From positions 1-31,362 of the forward strand of contig JBGTIA010000745.1 in assembly GCA_041745835.1 (NCBI GenBank): 31,362 nt of DNA, written 5' to 3'. The notes under the pieces are model-generated. The model saw nothing but the letters and a program-made list of their open reading frames with translations. It had not been told where the DNA came from and did not search any database. The position numbers and the translations under genes were made by a program. This stretch comes from Ilumatobacteraceae bacterium (GTDB lineage Bacteria; Actinomycetota; Acidimicrobiia; Acidimicrobiales; Ilumatobacteraceae). Within the stretch, counting starts at the first letter, position 1. Each line of letters starts with the position of its first letter. Shown piece after piece: positions 8,899 through 16,526 of the stretch.

Positions 8899-11082
8899 GT
8901 GCGAGCTTCGCTGTGGAGGTCATGCACGTTGGTGGCCGGCCTTGCGCTGCTGGCGGTGTCACTGCCCTCGCAGGCTGGCACCGCAGCGACGATCGATCGA
9001 CGGTACGACCAAACCGGATCGGTCGACGCTGGGGCGGTGTTCGATCTGCCCGTGCTGGGTCGCGGCGGCGTTCCGGCATCAGGGGTCGGATCGGTTGCGT
9101 TGAACGTCACAGTGACGAGGCCTACGGCGGCAGGTTATGTGACGGTGTGGCCGACCGGTCAGCCGCGACCGAACGCATCGAACCTGAACTTCGTCGAAGG
9201 CCAGACGGTGCCGAACATGGTGATCGTCCCCGTCGGGGTAGGAGGGCAAGTTTCGATCTTCAACGAGTCAGGCTCCACGGACGTGATCGTCGACGTTCTC
9301 GGCTGGTTCCCGATCGGGTCCTCGTTCTCCGGACTCACGCCAGCCAGGTTGCTGGACAGCCGGGTTCCGTCCGGCGGCACGGTCGACGGGTCATTCAGCG
9401 GCATCGGCCAGGTCGCGGGTGGGGCTGTGTTCAATCTGCCCGTATCGGGACGTGGCGGCGTCCCGACGTCGGGCGTTGGTTCGGTCGTACTGAACGTCAC
9501 CGTGGCAAGACCATCGGCGACCAGCTACCTCACCGTGTGGCCATCCGGTCAGCGCCGTCCGAACGCATCCAACCTCAACTTCGTCGGCGGGCAAACGGTG
9601 CCGAACATGGTGATCGTTCCTGTCGGCGCAGATGGCCAGATCTCGATCCTCAACGAGACCGGATTGACGGACGTGATCGTCGACGTTCTCGGCTGGTTCC
9701 CGACCGGTCCAGCGTTCACCGGTGTGACACCACGCCGGCTCCTCGACACACGAGTTCCGTCAGGCGGAACCGTCGACGGTGCATACAGCGGCGGCGGGCA
9801 GCTCGCCGGTGGAACCGTCTTCAACTTGCCTGTGGCCGGCCGTGGCGGCGTGCCGGTATCAGGGGCCGGCTCGGTGGCGTTGAACGTCACGGTGGCCCGA
9901 CCGTCAGCCGCAAGTTTCCTCACGGTGTGGCCGAAAGGTCAACCACGGCCGAACGCATCGAACCTCAACTTCACGCCCGGCCAAACAGTGCCGAACATGG
10001 TCATTGTTCCCGTCGGCGCCGACGGGCAGATCTCGATCATCAACGAGTCAGGCTCCACTGACGCACTCGTCGACGTCTTGGGCTGGTTCCCGACCGGTCC
10101 AGCATTCACGGGACTGACACCGGCCCGACTCTTGGACACCCGCAAACCGTTGCCGTCGCTACCTCCGCCTCCTCGGGCGGCTGAGCTCGATGGTGTGTTG
10201 GCACCGGTGGCGGGGACGCACTTCGGTGCGAATGCGTCGAAGCGTGGTTCGAGTAGTCAGTACGACTCGATTTTGGCGTTCGAGCGGGATCTCGGTCGTC
10301 GTTTGTCGGTGATCAACCGATTCCATGAGTTCTCGGCCGGCGTGACCTCGGACTTCTTCTGGGATCGTGAGCACATTGATGATGGCCGGATCGTGATGCT
10401 GTCGTGGCGGGCGACGGACAATGCGGGTTCGATCACCGGTGCCGCTGACCCGGATCGTGCTGTCAAGATCGTCCAGGGCCGGTTCGATACGGAGATTCGT
10501 GCGATGGCGCGTGAAGTGAAGGAACTGAATGCGAAGGTGTTGATCCGTTTCAACTGGGAGATGGATCAGTCGCCTGGTGCTCCGCAGTACATCGGGACGC
10601 CGTCGGAGTTCATTGCGGCGTGGCGGTATGTACATGACATGTTCGCTGCCGAAGGCGCCACTAATGCGGTTTGGGTGTGGGCGCCGCGCGCTGCGTCGTT
10701 CAACAAGGGTGCGGGTCAGTCGTTCTATCCCGGTGATCAGTATGTCGACTGGATCGGTGGGTCAGCGGTCCCGATCGATTCGTACCGTGATCCGGCGACG
10801 GTCTACGGGGCGTGGAACGACTGGGCGAGTCAGAAGGGCAAGCCGATGTTGTTGTGGGTCGGTCTGCGTGAGAATCCTGATGATCCCCAGTGGAAGGCGA
10901 AGTTCTTGACGGATCTGCGGGGGTTGATCGAGGGCCCGTGGTCGCAGGTGAAGTCGTTGGTCTACTACCACGCGAATTCGCCGAAGGGGTACGACTATTG
11001 GGCGGACACGTCGACGGCATCGTGGAACGCGTTCCGCTCGATGGGCTGCTCCGACGACTTCGCCACCACCCATACCTGCTGA
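8899..11082 (+). CDS. Secreted protein: three 130-aa actinobacterial cell-surface repeats, Pro linker and GH26-like domain (probably catalytically defective)
   Basis: AGGAG RBS before GTG; signal peptide ends PSQA; 3x (GRGGVP.SG.GSV.LNVTV..P....TVWP.GQ.RPNASNLNF..GQTVPNMVIVPVG..GQ.SI.NE.G.TD..VDVLGWFP); C-terminal GH26-like copy. Confidence 0.85.
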   Translation: MRASLWRSCTLVAGLALLAVSLPSQAGTAATIDRRYDQTGSVDAGAVFDLPVLGRGGVPASGVGSVALNVTVTRPTAAGYVTVWPTGQPRPNASNLNFVEGQTVPNMVIVPVGVGGQVSIFNESGSTDVIVDVLGWFPIGSSFSGLTPARLLDSRVPSGGTVDGSFSGIGQVAGGAVFNLPVSGRGGVPTSGVGSVVLNVTVARPSATSYLTVWPSGQRRPNASNLNFVGGQTVPNMVIVPVGADGQISILNETGLTDVIVDVLGWFPTGPAFTGVTPRRLLDTRVPSGGTVDGAYSGGGQLAGGTVFNLPVAGRGGVPVSGAGSVALNVTVARPSAASFLTVWPKGQPRPNASNLNFTPGQTVPNMVIVPVGADGQISIINESGSTDALVDVLGWFPTGPAFTGLTPARLLDTRKPLPSLPPPPRAAELDGVLAPVAGTHFGANASKRGSSSQYDSILAFERDLGRRLSVINRFHEFSAGVTSDFFWDREHIDDGRIVMLSWRATDNAGSITGAADPDRAVKIVQGRFDTEIRAMAREVKELNAKVLIRFNWEMDQSPGAPQYIGTPSEFIAAWRYVHDMFAAEGATNAVWVWAPRAASFNKGAGQSFYPGDQYVDWIGGSAVPIDSYRDPATVYGAWNDWASQKGKPMLLWVGLRENPDDPQWKAKFLTDLRGLIEGPWSQVKSLVYYHANSPKGYDYWADTSTASWNAFRSMGCSDDFATTHTC
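9001..10143 (+). repeat. Three tandem 390-bp (130-aa) coding repeats
   Basis: CCGAACGCATC(G/C)AACCT(G/C)AAC occurs at 9169, 9559 and 9949, a period of exactly 390 bp. Confidence 0.95.
10186..11082 (+). repeat. GH26-like module, copy 2 (paralogous to 7924-8820)
   Basis: See copy 1. Both proteins end in C-S-x-x-FATTHTC-stop. Confidence 0.95.
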
Positions 11083-11396
11083 CTGAAACGAAGGCGGGCC
11101 CTCGCCAGCTCTTTCTCGTCGAAGCGAGGAGAGATGTCAGGCGAAGGCCAGCGCGTGGGCACGGATCCCATAATCGTTGCGATCGTTCCGTGGCGGTACG
11201 AGGGATCTCTGCTCGCGACTGCGTTCTCGTTGCCGAGTGGTCTGAGTCCGGAGCTGTGCGCGCCCCGATCGAGGCGAATGTCTTTGCGGGTTCCTGGGAA
11301 TCCATAGCAGCGCCGTGACATCGTCCGATGTCGTGTACATCGATCTCGTGCGGGTTTCTCCAAACCGGTGAGCGGTGACCTGGTAGTCAAGGTGGA

Positions 11397-11430
11397 GGCG
11401 ACAAGACGGCGGCGACAAGACGGCGGCGAC
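11397..11430. repeat. Short intergenic tandem repeat, 14-bp unit x 2.4
   Basis: GGCGACAAGACGGC GGCGACAAGACGGC GGCGAC. Confidence 0.8.
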
Positions 11431-11575
11431 GAGTGCCCTGATCCCAAAGTCGCTCATCACCGGCACGGAGCGACTCGCACATGGACGTGATCGGAGGCTG
11501 TTGTCGCTTCGCGCCGGCGGAGACGCGAACGAAGAACTGTCGGCGTCGCTGTCGAGAAGGTCGGTTGTTGTGCCT

Positions 11576-14221
11576 CTACAGCAGCGGGTTCACCAGTATC
11601 CGGAACGTGGTGCTGCCGGTTTTGATTTTCACGCCGACGGACCATTGTCCGGTTTCGGTGGCCGTGTACGTGATGGCCTTGGGTGATGGTGACGGGGAGG
11701 TGTCGGAGGTGACGCTCGTGTTGGTCGAGTCGCGCAGGAACATGTTGACCTCGGCTGCAGGGTCGTCCCACTCGAGCACGACTTGGAGTTCGTCGCCGGT
11801 GGTGACGGGGAAGGCGAACGTCTGCCACGAGTTGGTGTCTGCTGACCCCGAACCCGCAAACTCGAACTCAGCGGCCGGCGGCGGAGGTGGCGGAGGTGGC
11901 GGAGGCGGCGGAGGCGTCGGCGCCGAAACGACTGGGTTGACCAGCACTCGGAACGTGGTGGTGCCGGACTTGATCTTGACGCCGACGGACCATTGTCCGG
12001 TTTCGGTGGCCGTGTACGTGATGGTCTTGGGTGACGGTGACGCACTGGTGTCGGAGGTGACGTTCGTGTTGGTCGAGTCCCGCAGGAACGCGTTGACCTC
12101 GGCTACGGGGTCGTCCCACTCGAGACGGATCTCCAGTTCATCGCCAGCGGTCACGGGGAAGGCGAACGTCTGCCAAGAATTGGTGGTGGCTGATCCCGAA
12201 CCCTCGAATTCGAATTCGGCGGCAGGGGTCGGCGGCGCAAAAGCGTCGCCGGGGGAGAGGAAGCTCAAGCCGGTGCCGTTCCAGGATCGGCCGTCGATGC
12301 CGGGCCCGCTGACAACGACATCAGTACCCGCCACGGGCTGATTGGCGTTCATCGTCACGCGGTGGAGCGTTCCGTCGGCGAGCCCGTAGTACAGCTGGCC
12401 TCCGACCGTTGCCATTCCCTTGACGCCCGCCCACGGGACAACACTCGACGTGGAGGCCACGAACTGTTGTGCTCCGATCAAGGGCGTCTCGGGCGTGAAG
12501 TACCGGTAGTACAGCGTCGACCTGCCGGCCAGTGTGTAGTACAGGCGACCCTGAGTGTGGTCGAAATACATCCCGGTGAGGTTTGCCACATCGAAGTGGG
12601 TGGAGGTCAAGCCGTTCAGGTTGACCTGCACCGGTGGAGCGAGTGTCGCGCCGTCGAAGCCGCGCGTCCAGAATGTCCCATCGGAGCGACCGTAAAAGAG
12701 GGCACCGCTGAGGTGCACCATGCCGCGCACGTTGTTCCACTCGGGATCGACGGCGAGTTGCGCCTCGCCGGACAGCACCGAGCCGTCGAAGGCCCACGAC
12801 CGAACCTCACCACTGCGCGCCAGGAAGACGCTCGTCGGCAGAGACGCCGGACTTGGCCGGGGAATTCCGCCGCCGCCGGCCAACGGCATGAACTTGAGGC
12901 GCGGTCTGAACTCGCCGTCCATGAAGTCGGTGTCGTCACCGATCCACAGCCCGTCGTCCTCGACCACCAGATCGAAGGTGCCGAGCCCGCGCGGGTTCCG
13001 GTCGGATCGCCACGAGAAGGGAAGGCCGTTGAGCGGATCGAGCGCAGCAATGCCTCGTCGTTCCACCGCTCCAGGACCAACTCGATCGGCTGCGAACGGG
13101 TTGTTCATCCAACGCTGGTGTCCGCCGGCGTACACCACATCGCCGGAGATTCCGACGCCGTAGAAGGTGTCGCCTCCCGAATACGACGCCCAAGTCGGCT
13201 TGACGTCGGTGCCCGACTGGGCGAGTTCCCATCTGGTGATGGTGTCGCAGGCCGGGTTGCCGCTCGTATAAGCACCCGTGGTTGCTATTGCGAAGTACGA
13301 GCCGTCCGGCGACACGTCCATGTCACGGATGTACTGCGGCCATTTGCTCGCCTGGCACTGGATCGAGAAGGTGTTTGTTCGCCAATCGGCCAGGACGGCG
13401 GGCACCGTGGTGAGGTCGATCACCGCGAGCCGGGGACGACTTGCGCCGTTCACGGTCGAGAAGTTGCCGACGGCCACCAGTCGTGACCGGTCGGGCGTGA
13501 CGTCGATCTTGTCGACGCTCAGACTGCCCGTCGTGCGAGTGGTGCTGTAGGGCCCGGCGAAGTCGAATGACACATCCGGCAGCAGGGCTCCGGTGGTCCC
13601 GTCGAGCGCTGCGAGGGCGTCGCTGTCGATGCCGTTCACTTTCGAGAAGTTGCCGCCGATGTAGAGCACGCCACCGGCCTCGACGAGGTCCATCACGCGG
13701 CCATTGGTGCGGCCGGTCCATCCCGACGAAATCTGGCCGGTCATGCTGAGCTTGGTGAGCCCCTTCCGGTTCGTCAACCCGTTCACCGTGTTGAAGCGAC
13801 CGCCGACGTACACGGACTGGCCGTCGCTTCCGGTGGCGAGGGTCCAGACCTCCGAGTCGAGCACCGGCGCAAACGACGGATCGATCGCTCCTGTTGTCTT
13901 GTCGAAAGCGAACAGGTACGGCTTCTGCTGTTCGACACCGCCCTGTGCGCGAATGCTCGTGAACGTGCCGCCGACGACGACTCGATTGCCGACGGTGGCG
14001 ATCGCGCGGACCTGGCCGTTCAGTACTTCCGGTGTGAAGTCGGCCGGGTCGGTGGACACGATGCCGTCGTGGGTCGTGAACGTGTCTGCGTTGGCCGGGC
14101 TGCCGCCCGGCCCGATGCCGGCGAACACGAGAGACGAGGCGAGCGTTGCCACGCCAACGAGGCCGCGCCAACGGCGGTCCCTCTTCCGAGAAACCTCGAT
14201 CGAAGACTTCGGTACCGCCAT
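11576..14221 (-). CDS. Large secreted beta-propeller protein (delta-60/DUF5122-like blades), with a second propeller-like domain and two PPC-like C-terminal repeats
   Basis: ATG at 14221 follows a GGAGG RBS (the ORF-track extension to 14731 overlaps the upstream gene). Signal peptide ends PANA. Repeated blades V.A.A..G..VYVGG.F..VNG....LAALD..TG. Duplicated ~100-aa C-terminal units separated by a poly-Pro run. Confidence 0.82.
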   Translation of the reverse strand: MAVPKSSIEVSRKRDRRWRGLVGVATLASSLVFAGIGPGGSPANADTFTTHDGIVSTDPADFTPEVLNGQVRAIATVGNRVVVGGTFTSIRAQGGVEQQKPYLFAFDKTTGAIDPSFAPVLDSEVWTLATGSDGQSVYVGGRFNTVNGLTNRKGLTKLSMTGQISSGWTGRTNGRVMDLVEAGGVLYIGGNFSKVNGIDSDALAALDGTTGALLPDVSFDFAGPYSTTRTTGSLSVDKIDVTPDRSRLVAVGNFSTVNGASRPRLAVIDLTTVPAVLADWRTNTFSIQCQASKWPQYIRDMDVSPDGSYFAIATTGAYTSGNPACDTITRWELAQSGTDVKPTWASYSGGDTFYGVGISGDVVYAGGHQRWMNNPFAADRVGPGAVERRGIAALDPLNGLPFSWRSDRNPRGLGTFDLVVEDDGLWIGDDTDFMDGEFRPRLKFMPLAGGGGIPRPSPASLPTSVFLARSGEVRSWAFDGSVLSGEAQLAVDPEWNNVRGMVHLSGALFYGRSDGTFWTRGFDGATLAPPVQVNLNGLTSTHFDVANLTGMYFDHTQGRLYYTLAGRSTLYYRYFTPETPLIGAQQFVASTSSVVPWAGVKGMATVGGQLYYGLADGTLHRVTMNANQPVAGTDVVVSGPGIDGRSWNGTGLSFLSPGDAFAPPTPAAEFEFEGSGSATTNSWQTFAFPVTAGDELEIRLEWDDPVAEVNAFLRDSTNTNVTSDTSASPSPKTITYTATETGQWSVGVKIKSGTTTFRVLVNPVVSAPTPPPPPPPPPPPPPAAEFEFAGSGSADTNSWQTFAFPVTTGDELQVVLEWDDPAAEVNMFLRDSTNTSVTSDTSPSPSPKAITYTATETGQWSVGVKIKTGSTTFRILVNPLL
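11579..12223 (-). repeat. Two tandem ~100-aa PPC-like C-terminal domains (11579-11875 and 11927-12223) separated by a poly-proline linker
   Basis: AAEFEF.GSGSA.TNSWQTFAFPVT.GDEL...LEWDDP.AEVN.FLRDSTNT.VTSDTS.SPSPK.ITYTATETGQWSVGVKIK.G.TTFR.LVNP occurs twice at an offset of 348 bp. Confidence 0.9.
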
Positions 14222-14242
14222 GTCACTGACCTCCGTACATTG

Positions 14243-14248
14243 AGTATA
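14243..14248 (-). promoter_or_regulatory. Possible -10 element (TATACT) upstream of the 14221 gene
   Basis: TATACT on the minus strand, 22 bp before the ATG and just upstream of the GGAGG RBS. No convincing -35 at 16-18 bp. Confidence 0.3.
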
Positions 14249-14346
14249 TCCGCCAGGTACGAGCAACAGGGCGCCGCCACGCACAGCGCTAGTGTGCCAC
14301 CTACCGTGACACTCCACAACTACGAGTTCCGTCAAGGTTTGGTCTC

Positions 14347-15627
14347 TCAGCCCGCTGTCGCAAAAATTGCCAGCCCCGGTTGATCGGTGCCGTCGACCCG
14401 GCTGAAGGTGCCTCCGATGACCAGCCGGTCGTCGGCCACCGCCACGACTTGGACGCCTTTGGGAGTGTCTGCCTGGACAAGTGGCTGGACTTCGGCGTCG
14501 ACCAGCGACACCCGAGCCGTCTTGCGTGCGGCGACTCCGGAAACCTGATCGAAATGACCGGCCAGCACCAGTTGATCGTCGTGGATCAGGCAATCGCGGA
14601 CGCCACCGTCCGTCCACGGCTCGAACGTCGCATCGGCCACCCCGGAGTCGGTGAACCGGCCCACATTGCGTTGCTCCTCTCGATCCCCGCGACCCTCGGT
14701 CGTCCACCAGTCGCCGCAGAGATACACCCACGATTCGTCGACGATGACCGTCCGGATCTGAACTCGATCGTCTTCGGGATTCGTGTCGGACAGCTGCGGA
14801 GAGAACTGCTCAGTGGACGTGCCCGTCGCGAAGTCGACGGCTCCGATGCCCTCCGCGTCCGTGTCGTTCAGCGTCTCGAAGTCGCCGCCGATGTAGACAC
14901 GATCGGTGCCACTCTCGGCGAAGGCGGCGATCCGAGGCTGCATCTCCCCGGCCTCGATCGACGGTTTGAACTCGGTGTCGAGCGCTCCGTCGGGGCCGAG
15001 CCGTGCCGCGCCGCTGCGTCTCTCCCCGTCGACGTCGCGGAAAGTCCCGCCGAGGTACACCGAACCCGACCGACCGACGTCGACAACGGCGACTCCGCCT
15101 CGTACCGACGTCGGTCCCCAGTCTTCGACCACCGAGCCGTCGCGGGCATCGACGGCGACGAAGTTGGTCCGTGGCGCCGAACCCGCCAGTTCGAACGAGC
15201 CGCCGAGCAGCACCATCTCGTCCAGCCAGGCAACAGTGCGAATGGTGCTCTCGCCCTCGATGCCGACCGCGAATGCGTCGAGTTCGCCGGTCACGAGGTC
15301 GCACGCCGCAATTCCCGGTCGAGCTTCGGTGCGCCCGGTGGAGTCGGTCACCGACGCGAAGTCGCCGACGAAGTACACCGTCCCGTTGGCGACGGTCAGG
15401 TCGGCCACCTCACCGTCAACGCTGCACGACGGCGCTGCGACGATCTCGTCGAGCGAGACGGTCGACGGCAGCGACGTTGTCGTCGGCGCTGCACTGGTGG
15501 TCGGTGCCGGGCTCGTCGGCGCACGGGTGTCCGAATCATCACCCGAACAGGACGCGATGACGAGGGCGACCAGGGCAGCGGCCGCCAGCTGCCGGTGGTC
15601 TCGGAGCCCGCTCCACCGAAGTGTCAT
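14347..15627 (-). CDS. Lipoprotein with a delta-60-like beta-propeller
   Basis: ATG at 15627 overlaps the upstream stop (ATGA). Lipobox VIAS-C, Thr/Pro/Ser linker, and blades such as VYFVGDF..V, VLLGGSF, VYLGGTF.DVDG..R.GAARL, VYIGGDF.TLN. Confidence 0.82.
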   Translation of the reverse strand: MTLRWSGLRDHRQLAAAALVALVIASCSGDDSDTRAPTSPAPTTSAAPTTTSLPSTVSLDEIVAAPSCSVDGEVADLTVANGTVYFVGDFASVTDSTGRTEARPGIAACDLVTGELDAFAVGIEGESTIRTVAWLDEMVLLGGSFELAGSAPRTNFVAVDARDGSVVEDWGPTSVRGGVAVVDVGRSGSVYLGGTFRDVDGERRSGAARLGPDGALDTEFKPSIEAGEMQPRIAAFAESGTDRVYIGGDFETLNDTDAEGIGAVDFATGTSTEQFSPQLSDTNPEDDRVQIRTVIVDESWVYLCGDWWTTEGRGDREEQRNVGRFTDSGVADATFEPWTDGGVRDCLIHDDQLVLAGHFDQVSGVAARKTARVSLVDAEVQPLVQADTPKGVQVVAVADDRLVIGGTFSRVDGTDQPGLAIFATAG

Positions 15628-16526
15628 CCCCATGGTGGTTCCAGACCGGTCAGCTCCGTCAGCCGCTGGCTCGAGGCGGCGAAGTGTGATTCGAGCGATC
15701 GTCGAGTCGACGGCCGGATAGGGTCGTACGAACCCGAGTTGTGCTGACGAAGGACGACGGCCGACGACGGCTCGACCCCGAGAAAGCTCTGGATCTGTTC
15801 GAGACCCGCTTGCGGATCGGCCACCAGCTGTTCGGTGATCAGCACCAACATCTGCTCGGCAGAGAACAAGGCGAGATAGCGCTCGAGTTGCTCGGCGTAG
15901 TGTCCACGCGCCAGGTAACTGGCGTGCTGGTGCGCTGACGAACGGTGCGACGGGTCCTCGAGCAGATACTCCGTGGCCCCCACCAGGCGATCGGCTTCGG
16001 CTTCGATGGCCTGCTCGAACGTCGGGAGATGTTCGTGCCCTTCCCAGATCATGTGCTGGTACTGGGAGTACGCACGAGCGACAGGGTCGCGCAGCAGAAC
16101 GATCAACCGTACGTCGCTGGCGACTGCGTGCAGTCGTTCGGCAACTGCAGGATGGAAGAAATAGTACGGGCTCGACTCGCCCACGATGAGCCGACGGCAG
16201 GCGCCGGCCTCCCGTGCGCGCTCACGCTCGGTCGGGAAATGGGCCTGATACCAGTCGAGTGAGCGGCTGTAGTTGGTGTCGAAGTAGTGGGCGCCCTTGG
16301 CGCCGATCACCAACTCGCCGATGTCGTCGTGCTCTGTCAGGGCGCGGTACAGAGACGTCGTCCCGCACCGTTGCGCACCGATGATGGCGAAGTCGGGCAT
16401 GGGCCGCTGCCCAGGGGTCAGCCGCCGAAGGCCAATGGCTGCCTCGAGCACCACCCGCCGACCGGTGCGGCGGCCACGCCGTCGGATGCCGCTGGTCGAC
16501 GGGAGGCGTGTGCGAAGAGAATTCAC
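15624..16526 (-). CDS. PAPS-dependent sulfotransferase (heparan-sulfate 3-O-sulfotransferase-like motif set)
   Basis: 5'-PSB IIGAQRCGTTSLY; KGAHYFD; GESSPYY; 3'-PB LLRDPVARAYSQY; YLARGHYAEQL. The GTG start overlaps the kinase stop (GTGA). Confidence 0.92.
   Translation of the reverse strand: MNSLRTRLPSTSGIRRRGRRTGRRVVLEAAIGLRRLTPGQRPMPDFAIIGAQRCGTTSLYRALTEHDDIGELVIGAKGAHYFDTNYSRSLDWYQAHFPTERERAREAGACRRLIVGESSPYYFFHPAVAERLHAVASDVRLIVLLRDPVARAYSQYQHMIWEGHEHLPTFEQAIEAEADRLVGATEYLLEDPSHRSSAHQHASYLARGHYAEQLERYLALFSAEQMLVLITEQLVADPQAGLEQIQSFLGVEPSSAVVLRQHNSGSYDPIRPSTRRSLESHFAASSQRLTELTGLEPPWG

Noticed and set aside
9001-12223. Regularly spaced repeats that could be mistaken for a CRISPR array or non-coding repeat array
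   Set aside because: Periods are 390, 348 and 2262 bp, all in frame within coding sequence with synonymous divergence. There is no short repeat-spacer structure and no cas genes.
14222-14731. N-terminal extension of the 11576-14731 ORF (1051 aa)
   Set aside because: It overlaps the upstream lipoprotein gene. A GGAGG RBS and signal peptide point to ATG 14221.
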